From NCBI GenBank assembly GCA_039545335.1, contig BCIN01000007.1:682001-746000 (forward strand): a DNA stretch of 64,000 bases, read 5' to 3'. A model generated the notes under the pieces. The model saw only the letters and a list, made by a program, of their open reading frames with translations, ran no database searches and had not been told where the DNA came from. Each line of letters starts with the position of its first letter. Position 1 is the stretch's first letter. The position numbers were made by a program, and so were the translations under genes. This DNA comes from Kondoa subrosea. Lineage: Eukaryota. This document shows, in pieces, positions 63,920 to 64,000 of this stretch.

Positions 63920-64000
63920 TTCGCAGAAATCCGAGTTCGATGATCCGCTCTAAGGTGTAACCTTGACTACACTCTTGGTCCTGAACAGTGACTGCCAGAT

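Overview
Compact, intron-dense eukaryotic DNA with introns of about 50 nt and CTRAY-like branch points. It is most consistent with a basidiomycete fungus; a Ubc2-type Ste50 with SH3 domains supports this, and Pucciniomycotina is only a guess. About 35 protein-coding genes can be reconstructed by manual splicing. Housekeeping genes: PP1/GLC7, PalC, UGGT, NDUFAF2-like, EndoV, PMM/SEC53, ERG7, NFX1/FAP1, TFIIIC-delta, RPL30, TAF10, PHF5A/RDS3, STE50, COX23, SSZ1, HCS1/IGHMBP2 and CCDC25. Accessory genes: two tandem F-box/LRR genes, a double-GNAT, a six-exon metallothionein, a beta-lactamase-like hydrolase, a GFA protein, an NTF2-like protein and a small secreted protein. The most striking observations are non-coding. 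(1) A tRNA-Leu(AAG) gene carries both a normal anticodon intron and a 50-nt GT-AG, spliceosomal-looking intron in its D-arm that splits the Pol III A-box. (2) A near-perfect kink-turn in RPL30 intron 1 sequesters the branch point, suggesting a new geometry for L30 splicing autoregulation. (3) An intronic snR79-like C/D snoRNA sits in an apparent non-coding host. (4) An XPA-C-like gene has intact splice phases but two in-frame stops. All calls come from manual reading; no searches or folding programs were run.
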